Of a stretch of DNA of 64,000 nt, positions 25,546-38,127 are shown in pieces (position 1 is the first letter of the stretch; the number at the start of each line of letters is the position of its first letter). The translations under genes and the position numbers were made by a program. The DNA lies in NCBI GenBank assembly GCA_030390025.1, contig CM059431.1, forward strand, positions 134,976,001-135,040,000, in the 5' to 3' direction. The notes under the pieces were generated by a model. The model made no database searches. It had not been told where the DNA came from and saw nothing but the letters and a program-made list of their open reading frames with translations. Source of the DNA: Squalus acanthias. Its lineage: Eukaryota.

Positions 25546-28500
25546 GTGTGTCAGTGAGTGTGGTGCAATGTGTTTGGGTGCAGTGTGTTAGTGAGTGTGG
25601 TGCAATGTGTTTGGGTGCAGTGTGTCAGTGAGTGTGGTGCAATGTGTTTGGGTGAAGTGTGTCAGTGAGTGTGGTGCAATGTGTTTGGGTGAAGTGTGTC
25701 AGTGAGTGTGGTGCAATGTGTTTGGGTGAAGTGTGTCAGTGAGTGTGATGCAATGTGTTTGGGTGAAGTGTGTCAGTAACTGTGGTGCAATGTGTTTGGG
25801 TGAAGTGTGTTAGTGAGTGTGGTGCAATGTGTTTGGGTGCAGTGTGTCAGTGAGTGTGGTGCAATGTGTTTGGGTGAAGTGTGTCAGTGAGTGTGGTGCA
25901 ATGTGTTTGGGTGAAGTGCGTCAGTGAGTGTGGTGCAATGTGTTTGGGTGAAGTGTGTCAGTGAGTGTGATGCAATGTGTTTGGGTGAAGTGTGTCAGTA
26001 AGTGTGGTGCAATGTGTTTGGGTGAAGTGTGTCAGTGAGTGTGGTGCAGTGTGTTTGGGTGAAGTGTGTCAGTGAGTGTGGTGCAATGTGTTTGGGTGAA
26101 GTGTGTCAGTGAGTGTGGTGCAGTGTGTTTGGGTGAAGTGTGTCAGTGAGTGTGGTGCAATGTGTTTGGGTGCAGTGTGTCAGTGAGTGTGGTGCAGTGT
26201 GTTTGGGTGAAGTGTGTCAGTGAGTGTGGTGCAATGTGTTTGGGTGAAGTGTGTCAGTGAGTGTGGTGCAATGTGTTTGGGTTATGTGTGTCAGTGAGTG
26301 TGGTGCAATGTGTTTGGGTGAAGTGTGTCAGTGAGTGTGGTGCAATGTGTTTGGGTGAAGTGTGTCAGTGAGTGTGGTGCAATGTGTTTGGGTGAAGTGT
26401 GTCAGTGAGTGTGGTGCAATGTGTTTGGGTGAAGTGTGTCAGTGAGAGTGGTGCAATGTGTTTGGGTGAAGTGTGTCAGTGAGTGTGGTGCAATGTGTTT
26501 GGGTGAAGTGTGTCAGTGAGTGTGGTGCAGTATGTTTGGGTGAAGTGTGTCAGTGAGTGTGGTGCAATGTGTTTGGGTGAAGTGTGTCAGTGAGTGTGGC
26601 GCAATGTGTTTGGGTGAAGTGTGTCAGTGAGTGTGGTGCAAAGTGTTTGGGTGATTCGTGTGTCAGTGAGTGTGGTGCAATGTGTTTGGGTGAAGTGTGT
26701 CAGTGAGTGTGGTGCAATGTGTTTGGGTGAAGTGTGTCAGTGAGTGTGGTGCAATGTGTTTGGGTAAAGTGTGTCAGTGAGTGTGGTGCAATGTGTTTGG
26801 GTGAAGTGTGTCAGTGAGTGTGGTGCAATGTGTTTGGGTGAAGTGTGTCAGTGAGTGTGGTGCAATGTGTTTGGGTGATGTGTGTGTCAGTGAGTGTGGT
26901 GCAATGTGTTTGGGTGAAGTGTGTCAGTGAGTGTGGTGCAATGTGTTTGGGTGAAGTGTGTTAGTGAGTGTGGTGCAATGTGTCTGGGTGAAGTGTGTTA
27001 GTGAGTGTGGTGCAATGTGTTTGGGTGAAGTGTGTCAGTGAGTGTGGTGCAATGTGTTTGGATGATGTGTGTGTCAGTGAGTGTGGTGCAATGTGTTTGG
27101 ATGATGTGTGTGTCAGTGAGTGTGGTGCAATGTGTTTGGGTGAAGTGTGTCAGTGAGTGTGGTGCAATGTGTTTGGGTGAAGTGTATCAGTGAGTGTGGT
27201 GCAATGTGTTTGGATGATGTGTGTGTCAGTGAGTGTGGGTGCAATGTGTTTGGGTGAAGTGTGTCAGTGAGTGTGGTGCAATGTGTTTGGGTGAAGTGTG
27301 ACAGTGAGTGTGGTGCAATGTGTTTGGGTGAAGTGTGTCAGTGAGTGTGGTGCATTGTGTTTGGGTGAAGTGTGACAGTGAGTGTGGTGCAATGTGTTTG
27401 GGTGAAGTGTGTCAGTGAGTGTGGTGCAATGTGTTTGGGTGAAGTATGTCAGTGAGTGTGGTGCAGTGTGTTTGGGTGAAGTGTGTCAGTGAGTGTGGTG
27501 CAGTGTGTTTGGGTGAAGTGTGTCAGTGAGTGTGGTGCAATGTGTTTGGGTGAAGTGTGTCAGTGAGTGTGGTGCAATGTGTTTGGGTGAAGTGTGTCAG
27601 TGAGTGTGGTGCAATGTGTTTGGGTGAAGTGTGTCAGTGAGTGTGGTGCAATGTGTTTGGGTGAAGTGTGTCAGTGAGTGTGGTGCAATGTGTTTGGGTG
27701 AAGTGTGTCAGTGAGTGTGGTGCAATGTGTTTGGGTGAAGTGTGTCAGTGAGTGTGGTGCAATGTGTTTGGGTGATATGTGTCAGTGAGTGTGGTGCAAT
27801 GTGTTTGGGTGATGTGTGTGTCAGTGAGTGTGGTGCAATGTGTTTGGGTGAAGTGTGTCAGTGAGTGTGGTGCAATGTGTTTGGGTGAAGTGTGTCAGTG
27901 AGTGTGGTGCAATGTGTTTGGGTGAAGTGTGTCAGTGAGTGTGGTGCAATGTGTTTGGGTGAAGTGTGTCAGTGAGTGTGGTGCAATGTGTTTGGGTGAA
28001 GTGTGTTAGTGAGTGTGGTGTAATGTGTTTGGGTGAAGTGTGTCAGTGAGTGTGGTGCAATGTGTTTGGGTGAAGTGTGTCAGTGAGTGTGGTGCAATGT
28101 GTTTGGGTGAAGTGTGTCTGTGAGTGTTGGCAGTGTGTTTGGGTGAAGTGTGTCAGTGAGTGTGGTGCAATGTGTTTGGGTGAAGTGTGTCAGTGAGTGT
28201 GGTGCAATGTGTTTGGGTGAAGTGTGTCAGTGAGTGTGGTGCAATGTGTTTGGGTGAAGTGTGTCAGTGAGTGTGGTGCAATGTGTTTGGGTGAAGTGTG
28301 TGTCAGTGAGTGTGGTGCAATGTGTTTATGCGAAGTGTGTCAGTGAGTGTAATGCAATGTGTTTGGGTGAAGTGTGTCAGTGAGTGTGGTGCAATGTGTT
28401 TGGGTGCAGTGTGTCAGTGAGTGTGGTGCAATGTGTTTGGGTGAAGTGTGTCAGTGAGTGTGGTGCAATGTGTTTGGGTGCAGTGTGTCAGTGAGTGTGG

Positions 28501-31500
28501 TGCAATGTGTTTGGGTGATGTGTGTGTCAGTGAGTGTGGTGTAATGTGTTTGGGTGAAGTGTGTTAGTGAGTGGTGCAATGTGTTTGGGTGAAGTGTGTC
28601 ACTCAGTGTGGTGCAATGTGTTTGGGTGCAGTGTGTCAGTGAGTGTGGTGCAATGTGTTTGGGTGAAGTGTGTCAGTGAGTGTGGTGCAGTGTGTTTGGG
28701 TGAAGTGTGTCAGTGAGTGTGGTGCAATGTGTTTGGGTGAAGTGTGTCACTGAGTGTGGTGCAATGTGTTTGGGTGCAGTGTGTCAGTGAGTGTGGTGCA
28801 GTGTGTTTGGGTGAAGTGTGTCAGTGAGTGTGGTGCAGTGTGTTTGGGTGAAGTGTGTCAGTGAGTGGTGCAATGTGTTTGGGTGAAGTGTGTCAGTGAG
28901 TGTGGTGCAATGTGTTTGGGTGAAGTGTGTCAGTGAGTGTGGTGCAATGTGTTTGGGTGAAGTGTGACAGTGAGTGTGGTGCAATGTGTTTGGGTGAAGT
29001 GTGTCAGTGAGTGTGGTGCAATGTGTTTGGGTGAAGTGTGTCAGTGAGTGTGGTGCAATGTGTTTGGGTGAAGTGTGTCAGTGAGTGTGGTGCAATGTGT
29101 TTGGGTGAAGTGTGTCAGTGAGTGTGGTGCAATGTGTTTGGGTGAAGTGTGTTAGTGAGTGTGGTGCAATGTGTTTGGGTGAAGTGTGTCAGTGAGTGTG
29201 GTGCAATGTGTTTGGGTGAAGTGTGCCAGTGAGTGTGGTGCAATGTGTTTGGGTGAAGTGTGTCAGTGAGTGTGGTGCAATGTGTTTGGGTGAAGTGTGT
29301 CAGTGAGTGTGGTGCAATGTGTTTGGGTGAAGTGTGTTAGTGAGTGTGGTGCAATGTGTTTGGGTGAAGTGTGTCAGTGAGTGTGGTGCAATGTGTTTGG
29401 GTGCAGTGTGTCAGTGAGTGTGGTGCAATGTGTTTGGGTGAAGTGTGTCAGTGAGTGTGGTGCAGTGTGTTTGGGTGAAGTGTGTCAGTGAGTGTGGTGC
29501 AATGTGTTTGGGTGAAGTGTGTCAGTGAGTGTGGTGCAATGTGTTTGGGTGAAGTGTGTCAGTGAGTGTGGTGCAATGTGTTTGGGTGAAGTGTGTCAGT
29601 GAGTGTGGTGCAATGTGTTTGGGTGAAGTGTGTTAGTGAGTGTGGTGCAATGTGTTTGGATGATGTGTGTCAGTGAGTGTGGTGCAATGTGTTTGGGTGA
29701 TGTGTGTCAGTGAGTGTGGTGCAGTGTGTTTGGGTGAAGTGTGTCAGTGAGTGTGGTGCAATGTGTTTGGGTGCAGTGTGTCAGTGAGTGTGGTGCAATG
29801 TGTTTGGGTGAAGTGTATCAGTGAGTGTGGTGCAATGTGTTTGGGTGAAGTGTGTCAGTGGGTGTGGTGCAATGTGTTTGGGTGAAGTGTGTCAGTGAGT
29901 GTGGTGCAATGTGTTTGGGTGAAGTGTGTCAGTGAGTGTGGTGCAATGTGTTTGGGTGAAGTGTGTCAGTGAGTGTGGTGCAATGTGTTTGGGTGAAGTG
30001 TGTCAGTGAGTGTGGTGCAATGTGTTTGGGTGATGTGTGTGTCAGTGAGTGTGGTGCAATGTGTTTGGGTGATGTGTGTGTCAGTGAGTGTGGTGCAATG
30101 TGTTTGGGTGAAGTGTGTCAGTGAGTGTGGTGCAATGTGTTTGGGTGAATTTTGTCAGTGAGTGTGGTGCAATGTGTTTGGGTGAAGTGTGTCAGTGAGT
30201 GTGGTGCAATGTGTTTGGGTGAAGTGTGTCAGTGAGTGTGGTGCAATGTGTTTGGGTGAAGTGTGTCAGTGTGTGTGGTGCAATGTGTTTGGGTGAAGTG
30301 TGTCAGTGAGTGTGGTGCAATGTGTTTGGGTGAAGTGTGTCAGTGAGTGTGGTGCAATATGTTTGGGTGAAGTGTGTCTGAGTGTGGTGCAATGTGTTTG
30401 GGTGAAGTGTGTCATTGAGTGTGGTGCAATGTGTTTGGGTGAAGTGTGTCAGTGAGTGTGGTGCAATGTGTTTGGGTGATGTGTGTGTCAGTGAGTGTGG
30501 TGCAATGTGTTTGGGTGAAGTGTGTCAGTGGGTGTGGTGCAATGTGTTTGGGTGAAGTGTGTTAGTGAGTGTGGTGCAATGTGTTTGGGTGAAGTGTGTC
30601 AGTGAGTGTGGTGCAATGTGTTTGGGTGAAGTGTGTCAATGAGTGTGGTGCAATGTGTTTGGGTGATATGTGTCAGTGAGTGTGGTGCAATGTGTTTGGG
30701 TGATGTGTGTCAGTGAGTGTGGTGCAATGTGTTTGGGTGATGTGTGTCAGTGAGTGTGGTGCAATGTGTTTGGGTGAAGTGTGTCAGTGAGTGTGGTGCA
30801 ATGTGTTTGGGTGAAGTGTGTCAGTGAGTGTGGTGCAATGTGTTTGGGTGAAGTGTGTCAGTGAGTGTGGTGCAATGTGTTTGGGTGAAGTGTGTCAGTG
30901 AGTGTGGTGCAATGTGTTTGGGTGAAGTGTGTGTCAGTGAGTGTGGTGCAATGTGTTTATGCGAAGTGTGTCAGTGAGTGTAATGCAATGTGTTTGGGTG
31001 AAGTGTGTCAGTGAGTGTGGTGCAATGTGTTTGGGTGAAGTGTGTCAGTGAGTGTGGTGCAGTGTGTTTGGGTGAAGTGTGTCAGTGAGTGTGGTGCAAT
31101 GTGTTTGGGTGAAGTGTGTCAGTGACTGTGGTGCAATGTGTTTGGGTGAAGTGTGTCAGTGAGTGTGGTGCAGTGTGTTTGGGTGAAGTGTGTCAGTGAG
31201 TGTGGTGCAATGTGTTTGGATGATGTGTGTGTCAGTGAGTGTGGTGCAATGTCTTTGGGTGAAGTGTGTTAGTGAGTGTGGTGCAATGTGTTTGGGTGAA
31301 GTGTGTCAGTGAGTGTGGTGCAATGTGTTTGGGTGAAGTGTGTTAGTGAGTGGTGCAATGTGTTTGGGTGAAGTGTGTCACTGAGTGTGGTGCAACGTGT
31401 TTGGGTGCAGTGTGTCAGTGAGTGTGGTGCAATGTGTTTGGGCGAAGTGTGTTAGTGAGTGGTGCAATGTGTTTGGGTGAAGTGTGTCACTGAGTGTGGT

Positions 31501-34500
31501 GCAATGTGTTTGGGTGCAGTGTGTCAGTGAGTGTGGTGCAATGTGTTTGGGTGAAGTGTGTCAGTGAGTGTTGTGCAGTGTGTTTGGGTGAAGTGTGTCA
31601 GTGAGTGTGGTGCAATGTGTTTGGGTGAAGTGTGTCACTGAGTGTGGTGCAATGTGTTTGGGTGCAGTGTGTCAGTGAGTGTGGTGCAATGTGTTTGGGT
31701 GCAGTGTGTCAGTGAGTGTGGTGCAATGTGTTTGGGTGCAGTGTGTCAGTGAGTGTGGTGCAATGTGTTTGGGTGAAGTGTGTCAGTGAGTGTGGTGCAG
31801 TGTGTTTGGGTGAAGTGTGTCAGTGAGTGGTGCAATGTGTTTGGGTGAAGTGTGTCAGTGAGTGTGGTGCAATGTGTTTGGGTGAAGTGTGTCAGTGAGT
31901 GTGGTGCAATGTGTTTGGGTGATGTGTGTCAGTGAGTGCGGTGCAATGTATTTGGGTGAAGTGTGTCAGTGAGTGTGGTGCAATGTGTTTGGGTGAAGTG
32001 TGTCAGTGAGTGTGGTGCAATGTGTTTGGGTGAAGTGTGTCAGTGAGTGTGGTGCAATGTGTTTGGGTGAAGTATGTCAGTGAGTGTGGTGCAATGTGTT
32101 TGGGTGAAGTGTGTCAGTGAGTGTGGTGCAATGTGTTTGGGTGAAGTGTGTCAGTGAGTGTGGTGCAATGTGTTTGGGTGAAGTGTGTCATTGAGTGTGG
32201 TGCAATGTGTTTGGGTGAAGTGTGTCAGTGAGTGTGGTGCAATGTGTTTGGGTGAAGTGTGTGTCAGTGAGTGTGGTGCAATGTGTTTATGCGAAGTGTG
32301 TCAGTGAGTGTAATGCAATGTGTTTGGGTGAAGTGTGTCAGTGAGTGTGGTGCAGTGTGTTTGGGTGAAGTGAGTCAATGAGTGTGGTGCAAAGTGTTTG
32401 GGTGAAGTGTGTCAGTGAGTGTGGTGCAATGTGTTTGGGTGCAGTGTGTCAGTGAGTGTGGTGCAGTGTGTTTGGGTGAAGTGTGTCAGTGAGTGTGGTG
32501 CAATGTGTTTGGATGATGTGTGTGTCAGTGAGTGTGGTGCAATGTGTTTGGGTGAAGTGTGTCAGTGAGTGTGGTGCAGTGTGTTTGGGTGAAGTGTGTC
32601 AGTGAGTGTGGTGCAATGTGTTTGGGTGAAGTGTGTCAGTGAGTGTGGTGCAATGTGTTTGGGTGAAGTGTGTCTGTGAGTGTTGGCAGTGTGTTTGGGT
32701 GAAGTGTGTCAGTGAGTGTGGTGCAATGTGTTTGGGTGAAGTGTGTCAGTGAGTGTGGTGCAATGTGTTTGGGTGAAGTGTGTCAGTGAGTGTGGTGCAG
32801 TGTGTTTGGGTGAAGTGTGTCAGTGAGTGTGGTGCAATGTGTTTGGGTGAAGTGTGTCAGTGAGTGTGGTGCAATGTGTTTGGGTGAAGTGTGACAGTGA
32901 GTGTGGTGCAATGTGTTTGGGTGAAGTGTGTCAGTGAGTGTGGTGCAATGTGTTTGGGTGAAGTGTGTCAGTGAGTGTGGTGCAATGTGTTTGGGTGCAG
33001 TGTCAGTGAGTGTGGTGCAATGTGTTTATGCGAAGTGTGTCAGTGAGTGTGGTGCAATGTGTTTAGGTGAAGTGTGTTTCAGTGAGTGTGGTGCAGTGTG
33101 TTTGGGTGAAGTGTGTCAGTGAGTGTGGTGCAATGTGTTTGGGTGAAGTGTGTCTGTGAGTGTGGTGCAATGTGTTTGGGTGAAGTGTGTCAGTGAGTGT
33201 GGTTCAATGTGTTTGGGTGAAGTGTGTCAGTGAGTGTGGTGCAATGTGTTTGGGTGGAGTGTGTCAGTGAGTGTGGTGCAATGTGTTTGGGTGAAGTGTG
33301 TCAGTGAGTGTGGTGCAGTGTGTTTGGGTGAAGTGTGTCAGTGAGTGTGGTGCAATGTGTTTGGGTGAAGTGTGTCAGTGAGTGTGGTTCAATGTGTTTG
33401 GGTGATGTGTGTCAGTGAGGGTGGTGCAATGTGTTTGGGTGAAGTGTGTCAGTGAGTGTGGTGCAATGTGTTTGGGTGAAGTGTGTCAGTGAGTGTGGTG
33501 CAATGTGTTTGGGTGAAGTGTGTCAGTGAGTGCGTTGCAGTTTTTTTGGGTGAAGTGTGTCAGTGAGTGTGGTGCAATGTGTTTGGGTGAAGTGTGTCAG
33601 TGAGTGTGGTGCAGTGTGTTTGGGTGAAGAAAGTCAATGAGTGTGGTGCAATGTGTTTGGGTGAAGTGTGTCAGTGAGTGTGGTGCAAAGTGTTTGGGTG
33701 AAGTGTGTCAGTGAGTGTGGTGCAATGTGTTTGGGTGAAGTGTGTCAGTGAGTGTGGTGCAATGTGTTTGGGTGAAGAAAGTCAATGAGTGTGGTGCAAT
33801 GTGTTTGGGTGAAGTGTGTCAGTGAGTGTGGTGCAATGTGTTTGGGTGAAGTGAGTCAATGAGTGTGGTGCAATGTGTTTGGGTGAAGTGTGTCAGTGAG
33901 TGTGGTGCAATGTGTTTGGGTGAAGTGTGTCTGTGAGTGTTGGCAGTGTGTTTGGGTGAAGTGTGTCAGTGAGTGTGGTGCAATGTGTTTGGGTGAAGTG
34001 TGTCAGTGAGTGTGGTGCAATGTGTTTGGGTGAAGTGTGTCAGTGAGTGTGATGCAATGTGTTTGGGTGAAGTTTGTCAGTGAGTGTGGTGCAATTTTTT
34101 GGGTGAAGTGTGTCAGTGAGTGTGGTGCAATGTGTTTGGGTGAAGTGTGTCTGTGAGTGTTGGCAGTGTGTTTGGGTGAAGTGTGTCAGTGAGTGTGGTG
34201 CAATGTGTTTGGGTGAAGTGTGTCAGTAAGTGTGGTGCAATGTGTTTGGGTGAAGTGTGTCAGTGAGTGTGGTGCAATGTGTTTGGGTGAAGTGTGTCAG
34301 TGAGTGTGGTGCAATTTTTTGGGTGAAGTGTGTCAGTGAGTGTGGTGCAATGTGTTTGGGTGAAGTGTGTCAGTGAGTGTGGTGCAATGTGTTTGGGTGA
34401 AGTGTGTCAGTGAGTGTGGTGCAATGTGTTTGGGTGAAGTGTGTCAGTGAGTGTGGTGCAATATGTTTGGGAGAAGTGTGTCAGTGAGTGTGGTGCAATG

Positions 34501-34960
34501 TGTTTGGGTGAAATGTGTCAGTGAGTGTGGTGCAATGTGTTTGGGTGAAGATGTGTCAGTGAGTGTGGTACAGTGTGTTTGGGTGAAGTGTGTCAGTGAG
34601 TGTGGTGCAGTGTGTTTGGGTGATGTGTGTCAGTGAGTGTGGTGCAATGTGTTTGGGTGAAGTGTGTCAGTGAGTGTGGTGCAGTGTGTTTGGGTGAAGT
34701 GTGTCAGTGAGTGTGGTGCAATGTGTTTGGGTGAAGTGTGTCAGTGAGTGTGGTGCAATGTGTTTGGGTGAAGTGTGTCAGTGAGTGTGGTGCAGTGTGT
34801 TTGGGTGAAGTGTGTCAGTGAGTGTGGTGCAATGTGTTTGCGTGAAGTGTGTCAGTGAGTGTGGTGCAATGTGTTTGGGTGATGTGTGTCAGTGAGTGTG
34901 GTGCAGTGTGTTTGGGTGAAGTGTGTCAGTGAGTGTGGTGCAATGTGTTTGCGTGATGTG
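25546..34960. repeat. 37-bp minisatellite, roughly 250 tandem units
   Basis: Consensus GTGTGTCAGTGAGTGTGGTGCAATGTGTTTGGGTGAA repeated head to tail with point variants and 2-nt indels; no spacers. Confidence 0.98.
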
Positions 34961-35372
34961 CCTGTCGTGGTTAAATGACTGACAGTGTGTGCAAGCTGTG
35001 AGATGTGGGTGTAAGTCTTGCAACAGTGGTAAGTGTGTGAGGGTGAGGTGAAGTCGTGTTTGGCAGAGATTGTTGGTAGGTGAGTAATGGGGGTGTGGTG
35101 CATTGAGCAGTCTGTGAGGCTAGTGGTGCAGATGGTGGGATATCGCATTTGAAGATTAATTCACTGACCTTGACCGCTTAACTGATGTCATGAAATTTCT
35201 TCCCGCACTGCATCCAGCTTCTCAGGGCGACACTGCTGCCATTTTATTTTGAGTTTGCCTGAAGGGCCTCCTGGCCCGCTGTGGGAATAGGACCTCTCAC
35301 CTCCTTTCCACCTCCTGCACCAAGGCCCTCAGTGCTGCATCAGAGAACCTTGCTGCACGCTCTCTCCCCTGT

Positions 35373-35505
35373 TCAGCTGCTAAGGCCCTAAGCGCTGGAA
35401 TTCCCTCCCTAAACCTCTCTGCCTCTCTATATCTCTTTCCTCCTTTAAGACGCTTCTTAAAACCTACCTCTTTGACCAAGCATTTGGTCATCTGCTGTAA
35501 TATCT
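35373..35505 (+). mobile_element. L2 LINE 3'-end fragment
   Basis: Translates as WNSLPKPL...SSFKTLLKTYLFDQAF, a typical L2 ORF2 C-terminus. Confidence 0.75.
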
Positions 35506-35525
35506 CCTTTTTCCTGTTTGAACCT

Positions 35526-36852
35526 CGACAAATATAGGAACAGGAGTAGGCCATTTAGCCCCTCGAGCCTGTTTTGCCATTCAATGAGATCATGGCTGAT
35601 TTGTGACCTAACTCCATAGACCTGCCTTTGCTACATATCCCTTATTACCTTTGGTTAATAAAAATCTATCAATCTCCAATTTAAAATTAACCTAGCATCA
35701 ATTGTCGTTTGTGGAAGAGAGTTTCAAACTTCTACCACCCTTTGTGTGTTGGAGTGTTTCTTAACTTCACTCCTGAAAGTTCTGGCTCTAATTTTTAGAC
35801 GATGTCCCCAGTCCAAGACTCCCCAACCAGCGGAAATAGTTTCTCTCTATCTACCCTATCAGTTCCCCTTAATGGGCCAGATATTCCGATCCCTACGGGT
35901 GGGTACGTGCTGTGTACCCACCCGTAGGGACATCGGAAATGCTAGTTTCAGGCATGCACTGCGCATGTGCTGGAAACCGGCATTTCCGATCTGTCAAGAA
36001 TGCTCTTGACAGATCCTCCCGCTGCCCGGGAGAAGGGCCTCTGCGGGCGGACACTTCCACTTTTTGGAGACCCTCCGCCCGCAGAAAACCCTTACAATTC
36101 TTGCGCCTGGTAAAAGCAGGCATAAGCCCTGCTTTTACCAGGATAAGAGTTGAAAAAAGTTTTTAAAACATTTTTCACTGATTTATCATTTAAAAATACT
36201 TTAAAAAAAAGGTAAGTTTATTTTTGGCCCTGTAAAAAACTTTAATTATTTTTTTCAAAAATTTTAATTTTTGTTTAAAATAGTTAATTTATTGTAATTT
36301 CAAGTCATTTTAAAAATGTGATTTAAAAAAAAAAATTATTTAAAGTTTTACTATGTTTTGGGGGTGATCTCCATTCATATATTTGACAGGTCTTCCTGTC
36401 AAATGTATGAAGGGAGATTTCCTTCTGTGATTGGCTCCCCATGGCCCACATGATCCCAGGGACGCTGTGAACTACATGCGTCTCTGGGATACGTGGGCCC
36501 TGCGCACCTGCAGTTTGGAGAGGCCCAGCATTGGAACTGTGCGCCTCCCGGGAGCCCTCAGGTAAGGGCGCAGATTTTTCCAGATCGCAGTCCTCCGCCC
36601 GCGGGAGACCTGCGATCGGAATATCTGGGCCAATATCTTGAAAACGTCAATTAAATCACACTGTAACCTTCTAAATTCCAGGGAATACAACCCTAGTTTG
36701 TGTAATCTCTCCTCGTAATTTAACCCTTGGAGTCCAGGTATCATTCTGCATAATCTATGCTGCATTCCCTCCAAGGGCAATATATACTTCCTAAGGTGTG
36801 GTGCCCAGAATTGAAAACCGTACTCTAGATGTGGTCCAACCAGGGTAAACCT
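35526..36852 (-). mobile_element. CR1 3' fragment hosting MITE C, flanked by an 18-bp direct repeat
   Basis: PHLEYGFQFWAPHLRK...LEFRRL. TTTTTCCTGTTTGAACCT occurs at 35508-35525 and 36853-36870. Confidence 0.85.
35874..36631. mobile_element. Harbinger-type MITE C (758 bp) with several internal hairpins
   Basis: TIR GGGCCAGATATTCCGATC / GATCGGAATATCTGGGCC (17/18). TSD AAT at 35871-35873 and 36632-36634. The host CR1 is contiguous after removal. Confidence 0.92.
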
Positions 36853-37664
36853 TTTTTCCTGTTTGAACCTAGGCAAACAGTGAAGGTAGGCTATTTGACC
36901 ATAGTTATTGTCCCAGTCAAATCCAATCCTATCCTTGCCCGATATCCACAAGCATGCCTGTTTTCCTGCAAACCACCTCATTTTCTCCTCTGTAGCCCAT
37001 GGGTGCTAACTCAGAACAGACTGAGATTCAAAATTTCCCCAGGTACATCAAAGTAACAAAGTTATCTCAAAATACAGTTCAAACATTTTTTTTTCAAACC
37101 AATTTACTCATTGGAAGTATATTGTAGCTGTTATAAATAGAACAGGTCAAGGCCTATCACCGCAATATAATAAATATCCCCAGTGGTGAAGCTGACCATA
37201 TCCACTCACGAATTGATCAATGTGGTGAATTATCCAGTCAGCATCAAATGTGGGGAAATTATTAAATCACACTGTTGCCCTTGACATATCCTTTGTATGT
37301 CCAGCACTTTTTCAAATAAAACATAATAAATTAAAAAAAGCAATTTCAAATTTGTAATTTAATCTCTGGGATCAGGTGATGGTATAAACTATCCAATTCT
37401 CTACGGTGTCTTTAAACTGTAGGCAGTAGTTTGTCAGCATTAGAGAGGTGTAAGCCAGCAGTACCAAGATATTTTGCCAGCTCTGTACCACTTAGTACTT
37501 GGATAAAGCTCTGTGCATCAAAACCTAAATCCGCATACAAAGTCCCACTCATTAACACATTAATCTTATGACATTGTTAATGTTAGGAAAGAATTAACTG
37601 TCCTGCTGGCTCTTGATTAGCACTAAAAATGTAAAGGCAATTCACTCAATCTTGAAAAACTTGA

Positions 37665-38020
37665 AAACTAATTGTCCCGAGGCATGCACTAATAATTCAG
37701 AGAATGTGAGTTCAAATTCCACCGTAACAGCTTGATATTTGAATTCAGTTTTACAAAATCTGGAAATAAAAAGCTGGTATCAGTAAAAGTGACCATGAAA
37801 CTTTACATTGTTGTAAAAACTAAAACCTAACTGATTCACTAATGTCCTTAGGGAAGGAACCCTGCTGTCCTTACCTGGTCTGGCCTATATGTGACTCCAG
37901 TCCCACACCAAAATATGGATTCTTTGCTGCCCTCTGAAGTGGCCTAGCAAGTTATATAGGGCAACCAGTAGCAGTCAATAAATGTTGGCCTTGCCAGTGC
38001 CACCCATAAGAATGAAATAC
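37665..38020 (+). mobile_element. tRNA-type SINE, second (older) copy
   Basis: B-box-like GAGTTCAAATTCC at ~37708-37720. Body and AATAAATG-TGGCCTTGCCAG tail match 19783-20074. Confidence 0.75.
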
Positions 38021-38127
38021 AAAAATCTATACTGTTGCAGTCATAACCCTCAGTTCCACACTACTCTTCATCTCATCTGATGCTTTAACAAAGATCTATT
38101 TTTCTTTCTTTCAGATAGAAAGATACT

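Larger units (their letters stand above)
22904..35372 (-). pseudogene. Myb/SANT partner gene of Harbinger F, interrupted by a Penelope element and a 9.4-kb minisatellite
   Basis: Exon 1 ~35372-35169 (AARFSDAALRALVQEV...WMQCGKKFHD, donor GTCAGT). Exon 2 25528-25369 (NKVTHN...EETVL). Exon 3 runs from 25216 to ~22904. Confidence 0.85.

Noticed and set aside
25546..34960. CRISPR array (37-bp repeat length)
   Set aside because: Units are contiguous with no unique spacers, there are no cas genes, and the context is eukaryotic.
28784..35148. Short Cys/Val- or His/Thr-rich ORFs in the array
   Set aside because: Translation artefacts of a 37-bp unit that is not a multiple of three and contains stops.
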